64,000 nt of DNA from Candidatus Omnitrophota bacterium (GTDB lineage Bacteria > Omnitrophota > Gorgyraeia > Tantalellales > Tantalellaceae): assembly GCA_049642065.1 (NCBI GenBank), contig JBAROK010000099.1, forward strand, positions 85,661 to 149,660, in the 5' to 3' direction. Below are positions 44,216-56,200 of this stretch, piece after piece. The notes below the pieces were generated by a model. That model did no database searches. It was not told where the DNA came from and saw only the letters and a list, made by a program, of their open reading frames with translations. The translations under genes were made by a program, and so were the position numbers. Each line of letters begins with the position of its first letter. Position 1 is the stretch's first letter.

Positions 44216-47200
44216 TTACGCTCTTGAAGCTATATATTGGCGTATGTCTCTGTAAAGGCCTCTGTCTCCGGGAAGCTTGACCGCCCCGGGTATGAGTTTA
44301 ATGACCATTGTGGTCCTGTAGGTTTCTGTTACAGGGTCCCAACACCTTTGCCAGATGGCGTCATCATCCAGATTGAGACTGTTGCTTATGTTCCTGTAAC
44401 AGCGTATGAGGTTCTCCCTGTCATACTTGAGCGCGCGGGCAACCGTAAAGAGAACTATTTCTACTAACGGGTAATAAAAACCGTCCGTAAGTTCCTCATC
44501 ATCTATTCCGGTGATAGTTGAAGCGCCTTCAAACCCCTTGAAATACGCCTCGCGGTTCGTTTCGTTAGTGATTATTATGATGTTCTCCTTGCCTACATCG
44601 CCTCTATCTACAAGAGATTCCAAACCGCTCGAAAGAGAGTCGGCCTTGCCGTGGCGTATCACTACGTTACGCAGTAAATCGCTCAGCTGGTCATCCCCTA
44701 ACGCAAGATGGCTTAGCGCGTCCATTGTTTTGCGAAGCTGTTTTCGTGTCCAGCCAGAACCAAGTTCCTGGTCGATCGCTATAACTATTTTTTTGCCGTG
44801 ACCAGCTGTCATGAATCCATTCACCATTTCCGGTACCACGTGTTCCATCTTGCCCATTACGTCCGTACTGGGCAGCTCTTCGTAAGCGGGGCCGTCTGTA
44901 GCGGTAAACTCGTATTTCTTTTCATCAAGCTCCCAAAAACACGCACCGCCTTCGTCTTCAGCCAGCGTCTCCCATTCATAATCTGTATCATCAAAAACAA
45001 CGCTCTGCCATCCTTTTCTTTTGAACGGGAACTCATAATGTTCCCACAGGTTGACAGGCCTCAGTGATATCTTCATATTCCTGTATCTTCTTTCGATCCG
45101 GTCCTTATGCGAGGCGTAAAACAATTCTATCCCTAGGTCCTTAGCTGTATTGACCATACACCTCAGAGCGCTTTCTACCCATTTTCTGTGTCTCTCTCTG
45201 ACCTTACTATCGGTCATTTCCCTGTAACCCCTAGAAGCCTGCATTTCATCGAACACAATCGCCGGCCTTCTGTCTACAATCTCGAACTTGACCTCTATCT
45301 GGCCAAACGACCCTTCCGGACCGATAAACATCTGGGCCGCAGCCGCGTCAAGCACCCCAAGTTCCGGATGTTCTTCCCTGTAAGATGTTTCCGGAGCCAC
45401 AACAAAATTTTCAAAATCCTCGTCATATACAACAGTGGCATGTACTTTATGACCGCGAGCTATCCAGGAAATATCCTGTTTTTCACTAAAAACCTTAATA
45501 AACCGCGCTTCTATCTCTTCAATGTCCAGTCGCGATTTTTCTGTCCCCACCGGCTGGTCTGCTTCTAAAGATTCAACGAGAGCTTCTTCAGCATCTTCGT
45601 ATATATGTCTTTTTAGGTTCATGCGGACAGTCGTTCCACTGCCGGTTCCCGGTTGCGATGTGACTACGCCCTCTGGTATTCCATTAGCATCCCTTATCCC
45701 GTTGAACATGAGTTCCTTCCCTAAAGAAATTAAAGTAAGGCTGTCTTCATTGAGGTTTTTCAAAGGAATAGCAGCAACAAATATACCCCTGCCTCCGGGC
45801 AAGAAGAGACCTTCATCTTTGATATGTTTCATTTGCCTCATCATCCCACTGAGGTCGCATCCTATACCGTTATCTTTCGCAAAAAACTCTATAAGAATCT
45901 TGTCATCTTCACGTCGTGCCCTGCAAGCTATCACCCCAAAAACATCTCTCTCATTTTCGGCTATACCCTCCTTGGAATGCTCTATTATATTCAACGCGAA
46001 CTCTCCGAACGACTGCTTAAGCTCAAGAGCTTCATCAACCGAAAGGCCCATACCTGTTAGCCACTCGGTTACACTATACTGAAAAGCTATCAGCTTATCG
46101 GCCGGGGCATTAAGATGCTCCGCGTCTTTTATGCTTTGACCCATCAGGGCAATAGCTTTAATATCACTCTGTTCATTCACCTTAGCTAAGAGCTCTTCAG
46201 TCTTTTCGATAACTCCATATTCTACAGATTCTTCTAAATCACAGAACACGTCTTCCGAAAGTCCTACATCAAAATCTTCAGGAATCTCCTCAGGTTGAGG
46301 CCTGTTCCTGTAAATAAGCATACGTGTCTTTCCAAACCTTGCATCATCAACCATCTCCAGCCTGCTGAAAGGACCTCCCGGCATAGGACTATTAATAACA
46401 AACAGCGCTCCCGGCTTGAGTTCTCTTACCAACTTATCTTCAAGTCTTCTTTTCATCTCACGTTCCACATTCCTGTGATATAGCGGCCAGAATATGTACA
46501 CCAGATCGTACTGTGAAAAATCTTCATCAAAATAATTACCTTCCTCAAGCTCTACATTGCTCATATCCATCTTATCACTAAGATCACGTATACACGCTTC
46601 GCCTTCGGCATGTAAGGGTGCGTCCTGCTCTATACCTTTAACGTATCCGGCATACCTTGAGAAAATAGAAACAGCCTTGGCAGTCCCACTGCCAAGGTCA
46701 AGTGCACGTTTGTCTTCATCCAGGAATGCCTTTGCCACTAAGGCTATGTCTGGTGTCTTTGAAGAGGTAAAAATACCCCCTCTTGCTGTGGCTTTTGCCA
46801 CGGTGAGGGTTTTAGTGTTTTCCCCTGTCTGGTAATACCTGTCTATTAAACCAACGGCTTCATCGGGTGATCCCGGTACTTTTGAATGAGTAAGAACGTC
46901 TTTCAAGGTTACTCTTCCCAGTTTGGTGCCAGAAATGCCGCATATGATATGGCTTATAAAGGCTGGCACAAATGATTTTCTAAAGATCTTATTAAAAAAT
47001 CCGTCAATCACAGGATGCCTTCTGGCAAAGCCACGCACTCTCTTCCGGATCCAAACCTGTCTTGCAACTTCGTGAAGGATCGCGATTACAGCCAAAGCAC
47101 CAAGCACTACACCGATAGTGATACCGCTATCTGCAAAACCTAACCCTACTAATGAGTGTGCATAGGAAGTACGGCTCTCACCGGTATACGTAAGAGAACC

Positions 47201-50200
47201 CAAGTTCACATCCGGTATGTGGTCTACTACTGCAAACCCTTTATCCAAAGTATCAACGGTCATATCAATCTCTTCCTGCAATCCTGCTAAGAGAGCCCCT
47301 CTGTGACCACTCGGATGAGATATAGTCCTTATCATCTCTACCTCTATCTCTATCATCTTCTTGTGATTCGCAAGGATCCGCTCAAGAAACTTTATATTCG
47401 GTATAAACTCAATATAATCTTTTGCGAAGTTCATATACCCGATTGTCCTTACCCATTCGCGCGTACTTGTTAGCCTGTTCCGTAACCAATCAAGGATCTT
47501 TGCCGGATCAGACTCGGCATGGATCCTGTTATTCTCATCTTCCATTTCCAGGATCTCTCTACTAAGCTTTGACATCCGGCCGGTAATATCTTCTACCTTG
47601 ACTTTATCTTCACCCGCATTACCAAGCTCTACTCTCAAGGATCTGAGTTTATTGTGCGCAAAACCTGTCTCAATGTTACATCTCTCTACAGCCTGTGCTA
47701 ACAATAAATCCCTTTCTCCAAAAAGACGGAGAATCCTCGCAGCCAGTGCAGACATGTTCTCCGGATCCACCTCTATTAATTTCTCGAACGCTTCTTTTGT
47801 GATATATATATCACTTGTATCAACCTCTACATGCGTATCCTGCCCTGTCGAAAAGACAGGCGACTTAACATCACAGATGAATATACCTTTCTCTCCAGCC
47901 CGATAGTCCTTATCCGCGGAAAAGTTATCGAGTCTATTAGCTACAGTTTCGATAAACATGCGCTTCTCAACTGCTTTTGTCTTACTGGAATCATACGAAT
48001 CCCTGTGGGTATGAGCTTCTGCATACTGCCTCTCCATCTTCTGATATATATCTCTGAGGGTTTGGACCTGAGCATCCCTCATCTTTCGGAAGCTGCCAAG
48101 ATAATCTCCCCATAATGTTGAAAGCATCTTGGCATGCCCTTTCTTATATATTGTTTCATTTATTCCTATTTCTTTTCTGACTGTGTTAATAGCTCTCTGT
48201 ACAGTAAGCAGTTTTATCACCATCGCAGAATCAAGGTACCTGGCGGCACCCTTAGCGTTTCTGCTCTGCACGAATCCGTGCATATCATCCGTCACTAACT
48301 TTAAATGACGTTCTATTGCCACCCTTGATACTTCGACCACTCTAGCGTTAGCGTTATCTTCCCTGGCACCAAAAAGCCACCACATCATGACATTAATATT
48401 CTTCAAAATAACGTTTTCACGGGGATCAAGAGTATGCGTCTGCGAATACGTGTTGAGTTGTTCGAGACATTTCGCCATCCTGTAAACGTTCTCAAGGAAC
48501 ATGTCCAGCGACGCTTCGTCTATCCTGACTGTATCGACATTCTGAGTAAACTGAAGCATATGTTCGTAAGCTTCTTCTCCTGCGATTACTGTTGTATTAG
48601 ACCTAGAAAAAGATGATGGGTCACCTTGACTGCCAGCATCGTTAAGTAAATTTATTTCGGCCGCAATAGCATCCATCTTTGTCTTAATAGCGAAAATCTG
48701 CTTAGAAATACCCTGCATAGCGTTAAGATAAGTAGTTTCTTCCTCGCGTATCCTCATCGATTCTTTTCTCAGGTAAGATACCATGCTCCTTAACACGTTC
48801 TTGCCAAGCTTCTGTTCGGCGCCCTTAAGATGTGTGGTCTTTTTCTTGCTAAGACGTTTTATTTCTGCATCCAGTTTTTCGTGTTCACCCATAATGTCCA
48901 GATACCCCGGCATGGTACCAGCGGACCGCTTGGATCTACCCCCGAACAGGCTACCAACATCTTCACCTCTTCCGATACGAGATATACCCCGCATTCTTGT
49001 ATCCAGAGTTACTCCCACACCCGTCGCTTCTACCGCCCGGTTATGAGCTTCCGTCCAATGCATAGACGGGTTCAACCTCCTCTCTTGGACTTCTTTTAGC
49101 TCATGACTTATAACATCTTTATTCAGTTCAGACTGGAACCCTACTATCCTCCATATACCGTCAGAGCCTTTAAAATTTATCGCACTTACTCCGCCTTCGG
49201 GTTTTATTACCCGTCTGCGGACGGTCCTTGCCACCCTCATGATCGAGACGGCTAACTTTTCATCCACCGTAGTCTTATCGATATAATCAACTGTTTCATC
49301 CTTAATAGTAACTATCCAGGTCCCATCCTTAAATTCTCTCTCCGTAAGACCACGCTTGTCGAGATACCTTAGCCAGGCTTCTACAACATCCCCGCTAAAC
49401 GCCATACCTTTTTTATCCCTGAGTATACTAAGAATACTTTCTAAACGGTTAAACGCGCTTATATCGGAAACTTCTGCGCCAAGATCTTTTTCTGATGGGC
49501 CCTCTTCCGCCTTCGGTTCGGTTTCAACAGGACTACTTGAAGGTTCTTCAGGTTTTCTGTATATCGTTAATCTCCTTACATCTGGTACCGTAAATGGCGG
49601 TTCCACCTCTTCAAGCTCCGAAAATTTTTCGGTATCCGTGGCGCTTATTATCACAAAATGAGCTCCGGGCTTAAGTTCTTCTAAGAGTTTTTCCTGCAAT
49701 CTATCTTTTACATAATCCCTGTATTTGTCTTCACCGTATTCCGGCCAAAAAATATAAATAAGATCGTATTTTGAGAGGTCTTCATCAATAAGGCTACCGT
49801 AATACAGTTCTATCTTTCCGTTATCCACGATATCAGCAAGATCTACAACACAACTCTCACTTTCCGCGAGAAGACTAAGATCGTTTTCCACCCCCTTAAC
49901 ATGTCCGGCATACCGGGAGAATACCGCTACAGCTTTACCTGTGCCGCTACCCATATCAAGCGCGCTCTTATTCTCATCCAACAGCCACTCTGACAATAGC
50001 TTGAGATGCCCAGTGGGAGAAGCTATGAAATGTCCGTCACCTACGGTATGTTTATATCCAGTCACTCTCCCTGCTCCTTCACCTTCATCGTAATACCTGC
50101 CAATGTGCGCTACAGCTTCATCTTGAGAAAGCTTGCCTGAAATATCCTCCATCCCCACAGTCCGGCTGATAACATCATAAGACCTTTCCCTGGGAGATCC

Positions 50201-53200
50201 GTTCCAATGCCTGTATATCCATTCGCGGAGTATCCATATGCGTTCTTTAGTGCTCTTTATTGTTTCGGGAGGGAGTCCCGGAGTCAAACCCACCAGCATA
50301 TTCGTGTATATATCGTTCATGGTGGCTTTTGCACCGTTAAAAGCGGTTACTTTTCTCAAGTCCTTGCGAAACCAGTTGATTCCGGGATAATGCGACAGGA
50401 ATCTTTTCGCAAGATCATCCATTGAAAGTGCCGAATTTTCCTTAACGAACCCTTCTTCCCAGTCTTCTTCAAATATTCCCGGCCATTTCACAGGATTAAG
50501 CGCTTCGCCGATCAGCTGCCTGTATCTCTCCGCCATGTCACCTGTTAGCTTCCGCTGGGCTACGGTATCAATGTACTCTTTCCACATTTCGCGCCAATAT
50601 ATGTCAAGACGCGCAACGTCCGTAAGGTTCTCTACCTGGGGCGGAACTGACGCAACCTTTAAAAGCTCTCCCTCTTGTTCTTCGTTCAACCCTGCATCCT
50701 TTGACAAGGCGCTTAAGAACCTCCTCCAATGCACGCTTGAAAGTGCGTCTAAGCTGGTAAACCCTTTCAAATCATATTCAAGTAAAATTTCATACACATT
50801 AGCGTATTTCTTTTTCTTTTTCTCGATGGCTTTCGTAAGATCAGGTATACTGTCCGCTTCGATCATTCTTACCAAGTCAAGCATCGCCGGGAATAACGGA
50901 CTATCGATCTTTTTGGAGGGTTTCGCAGGATCAGGCATATTCATACTTACATACGCGGCAAGATAAAACGTTGTCCATAGAAGGCGTGGCGATCCCCTTC
51001 CTATATTATTATCGCGCGCAAATTTTAGATACCGGTTAAAGTCTTCGGTAAATATCCTGTCATAATACGCTTCAGCTTTTCCCTGAAGTCTTGCGTCCAC
51101 ATACTTCTCTCTTAATCCATCCATAAAGGAATCCAGAAGCACCATTGACCTAACTCTTTCTTTCATTATTCCGATATTTCTTCTTACAGTGTTTTCCTTG
51201 CCAGCAGTATCAATATTGTTTATAGCCTGCCATAACACGGGAAGCATGCGGTGGAATTCAGGTTCGCTTTTAATATCGTTATCACGGGTCATGCCCATCA
51301 TCCAGTCGCGTGCTTTCTGCCTGTTACCCGCCTCGAACATCTCGAGTATTCTATCCAGTTTCCATATAGTCCTGCTGTTGCGCGCACGTACGTACTCACG
51401 CAATATAGCAAGCCGGCCGGTTCTTATCTTATCTATCTGTTTAGTAAGCGAAAAATGACGTCTTCTGAGGAGGCTCCTTGCGGCCATCATCTCTTCCAGC
51501 ATGCTGCGATATTCGCCCAGATCCAATAGTTCCAGCGCGAATTCACAAGCGGTATGAGTAATAACCTTCTCCTCCACCTGGGCTCTTTTTAATGACTCTG
51601 TTATCTCTGAAAGCAATACCCTCATGCATTCTTTTTCTTCATCAGATACTTCCGGCTGCGGAAGAGGTTCTCCTGTTTTAGCAGAAGGAAGAGTTCTCCT
51701 CCTCTGGTCAAGAATATCTATATATTCCTTCATTCTCTTGCCGATACTAAGCACCCAGTCCCGTTCCCTGAGTATATTATCGATCTCCCTATCACATGAG
51801 CGTATACCCTGCCAGATAGTCTCAGATCTATGAGGTATCCATTCTTTTATAAGCACGTCCCTATCAGCGCTTATTCCATGGCTTATATACTGCCCGCGAA
51901 GCACATTATGGAGTTTATCTTCAACATCTTTCCAAACCCTTGGCCCACGCATTTTGACCTTCGTTTTGGACAGCTGTAGAAGCTCTTCTGCGAACCTCTG
52001 TTTAGCAGCACGAAGCAAAGCCGAGGCAGCAGGCTCGTTCTTCTTTTCCATCATTTCAATAGCCCTGCGCATTTTATCCTTGGCTTCTGCGCGATAATCC
52101 CTGTCCCCGGTACGCTTAAGCTCATAATCAGGCGGGGTTATAAGTTCTTCTTCCAGAGTTATCTCAGTTTTAAGAACCTGTATCCTTTGCTGGCATTTTT
52201 CAAGCTGTTCTTTCTTATCCGCGTTCTCTGGATCCTGTTTTAATTCTTTTTCCAGGGTAACCCTTTCAGCACCCAGACGTATAAGACGAAGGTTCATCTT
52301 CGGAAGAGCTCTGAGATAATAATAGGTAAGATCCTCCCCTTCAGCAAAGACTTGGCTGTCTAATTTCGCTTTTACCCATACCAGTTCTTCCTCGCTGGGC
52401 CTCGGTGAAAGCAAATCAAGAACTTTCCTTATCGAATCCAAATGCTTGCCAGCCCTGCGGTATCTTTCAGTGAGGGTAAATTCTATAGGTTCAAAAGGCT
52501 CTGAAGGCCTACCTGCGTTCAATATGCCCAGAGCTACCATACCGTCAAGTTCTGATTTTATCGTCCTGTAAGAAAAAGGGTTCCCATCTTCATTCAGTCT
52601 GCACGGTCCGAATGTAATGCTGGTGAAAACTGATTCCCTGAAGTCCTTGTTAGCCATTACTGTATTAAATCCATCAAGGACATTTCCCGAAGCCGGACGC
52701 CTTTTCTTCTTCTTTGCCATGCTCTCCGGCATCTCGGAATCCTCTTCTTCCGATTCTTCCTTTTCTTCCCGTCTGGTGCGATGTCCATGTCTTAACAAAA
52801 GAAGCACTGTAACCAGAAGCAGATATGGTATCAGTGTCCCAAAAATAGAATTAGAGGACATTTTGCCATCTGCCATACTGCAACTACCGCCTGAACGGCC
52901 TTCATCGGGAGACTGCCCTGCTGATATCGTTACAGGTGTTGAATAATCGCTGTCCCTTTGCGGGTCAGGCACTTCAGTGCGTATGCTAAGGTTATAAGTT
53001 CCCGAATAGATATGATCAGGAAGGTCTATGACGGCTGAGAAAGTTCCCGCACCTGCGATATAGAAAGTCTCCCCTCCTATATTAATGGTGTAACCTGTCA
53101 CAGATCCGGCCAATGCGCCCGTATACGGCTGCCAGGTAACTGTAAAGGTCCTGCTTCCGTTGCTGTCGGTCACACTCACTAAGTCTGGCGGGAACGGTCT

Positions 53201-56200
53201 TTGCGCTGCCGAATCGTACCAGTGCCTTATCGTATCGGCCTGAGGGTCTGTTATGGTAAAACCTGTAGTATCCTGCCAGAAGAGTCCACCACCATCAACG
53301 GCACTCCCATAGATATCGTCCAGTTTTCCTGAAACACCGGTCGGTTCAAGTTCCCCGAAAAAGAATCCAAAACTCGTTAGCCCGGAACCCCAGGTCGATA
53401 TATCATCCGTAAGAGGATACCACGGCACCATATAATCATAATAATGCGCCTGGTCAATATCCTGGCCAAGTCCTGTCCAGTTATCAAGAAGTATCTGCCG
53501 GCTCTGGGCCCCTATAGTAACTCGAGACCCGGAATCTTCCGCGTGTATCATATTAATGAAATCGGTTATAAAGATCTGTACCTGCGCGACGGTCAGGGAA
53601 GTAGAAGTGGTTATTTCTATAGGCTCGTTTAAAACGTCCCACATCTCTATCTCAGGACGTCCCGCATAACGCTGGATAAACGGCCTTATGACGTTGATCA
53701 AAGCGGCTCGCTTAGCATTATCTGTTATAAGATCCGGATATTCGCCTACCGGATTAGGCCCTTCCATGTTGATATTATCGGCTATCATGTAATCGAGTAC
53801 TACAGGGATAAGTCTTATTCCCAGAACCTGCGCCGCTTCCACAAGAGCATCCATATCGTCAAACACGTGTGTGCTTAGACCCGTAGGAGTTCCGCCACCA
53901 TCAAAAGTAACACCGCTTCTTAAGTCACAGAAAATAAATACACGTACCGCAGAGCCCTTGAACCTGTTGAGCTGCTGCAAAAGCTGCGCCCTTTTCGTGT
54001 TCAGCCCTTCGTATGTCTCACCGTTAACGCCGTCACCAATGTCGTACCCATACTTTAACCATGGCAGGTTAGCCCCGCGATAGAATTTCCAGCCCGGAGT
54101 TAATTCTTCCACTACTTCCTGTATATAATCATGCCTATCCTGCCTGCCGTCAGGATGATAAGCCATCATCTCCGTAAGATTCCAGGACCCGTCGTACTCA
54201 TAAGTACGTATAGTCCCATCAGTATCCCTTTCGGCGTTTACATACTGGTTACCCGAATCAAGATGATACGAAGCTCCCGCGCCACTGGTATAAGTTTTAA
54301 TAGCAAAAGTAGCACTTATCGTTTCGTAAACGAAAACCGGACTTCCTCCGGAGGTGTATCCTCTTATGTAATGTATGTTATCAGTTCCCGTGTAATATTC
54401 GTATTCCTCATAACTCCCGTCAGGATGCGTTTTCCTGTCAGGCCTTCCGTAATCGTCTGAAAGGTTGACGGGCGTACCGTTATCATAAAAAGCTTCATCT
54501 ATCCTATGAACAACGGTTCCCGCAGGCACATCGTCCGAAGGATCTGCCGGTGTATCACCATCCCAGTCATCTAGGTACGTTTCAGTTTCGATATATCCTG
54601 ACGGTGAATGATAAGTGTACGAAAGGTTCGCCGGCGCCGCAAAAGCCGTAAATGGTAAAAGCAATAAGACAAGTATAGAAAGAAGAGTATTCGGGAATAT
54701 ACGGTCTATACGGCTTTTTCTTTGTTTCGGCGTATCGGTCTCCCTCGCCCCCAACCCTTTTATCATGATCAGAATATGATAGATCTCCCACATCTTTTCG
54801 ACTTCGAAATATTCGAAATTCATGTTGCCAAGCTTTTTATGAAGAAGCCTGGCAACCTTAAGAAAGTTTACCTCTTTACCGCTGTCCAGAGCTTTCTTGA
54901 CCGTTAGGCCCTTCTCCAATTCTATGGTGTTCCATGGCACTCTACCGTCGGGTTCCGTGATAGTAAAGGTTCGGTACCCATCTTTCAACAAAAGACTGAT
55001 ATTAACACTTACCACTCCGAGCTTTTCTACAAGGTCTGGATAGAACGTATACGCAACTGCTTTATCCAGGAATATCTCCATACCCGGAGTATTAAAAAGT
55101 TCGTTCTTTTTAAGTTCATCACGCAACCTTTTATTTTTAGCTTTTTTCTCACGGGCTTCGCGCCACTCTTTCATGATGTTAGCTATACTTGCTTTTTTCT
55201 CACGAATATTATTCTTGCACCTTGCCAGAGTATCCGCTGCGAACTGCCGGATCCATATGACCAAACCCAACGGAGAATACCATAGAGCCACTCCCAGATT
55301 CCTTACTCTTACATCTACCTTGACCCGGTTTTTACCCGCTTTCCAACCGTAAACATGGATACCAGGCGCTATATGCTTGTAATACCCCCGGCTATCTTTC
55401 TTTATATCGTGATTAAGCCCTACTCTCCGGTGATCACCCTCGGGCAATAGCAGATACTTCTTCCATTCTTTTCTGGCCGTAACTATAGACATTAGCAGCT
55501 TTGCGTTCTTTACAGGTATGGCTACCACTAAAGCAATAATGACTCTACCTATTCCCCTCACGAGTATTATGGGAAGATACAATAGTTGGGCAAGGAATTT
55601 GAAAAATACCGTTTCTGTTCTAGCTTTTCCGTTCGCATCTTTTGACACCTCTACTACTACACCTCTGGCAATACTCACGAAATGGTTATACCCCTGGTAC
55701 CGGGCATTGTATCCGGCCTTCTCCTCCAACTTTCTACGTTCTTCCGGATCCTTTTCAAGAAGATATTTTTTGAGGAATATCTTCGCCTTGAGGATCTTCA
55801 CACACAGGTTCAGGTTCAGAAGAGCTATAATGCCAGCTCCTACTGTCAGGAACGCAGTGAACCCGCTGACCTCGGCAGGGAAAAACGGTACTGTTCCGTA
55901 CGCATAATTCCGCGGGTTGGGTCCACCACCTTTCGAATCCCAGAGCACTTTCTCAATATAAGTTTTCGTATCGAAAACTGATTGAGGGTCAATTTCATCG
56001 CCTAAGTTATAGAGAACGGTCCTTATAATCTCTATCCTGTCCTGCGGCAAGGTGTAAAACCTGTCATCCAGCTGGTATACCGGTGGTTTCATGCGCGAAG
56101 CAGTTGCACAAAGAACTCCCATCTTTCCCAGGAGTTCAAGCATATAAACCACCGTTCCCATCCCGAACTCTGACTGTCTTGCTTGCATAAATTCGGCTAC

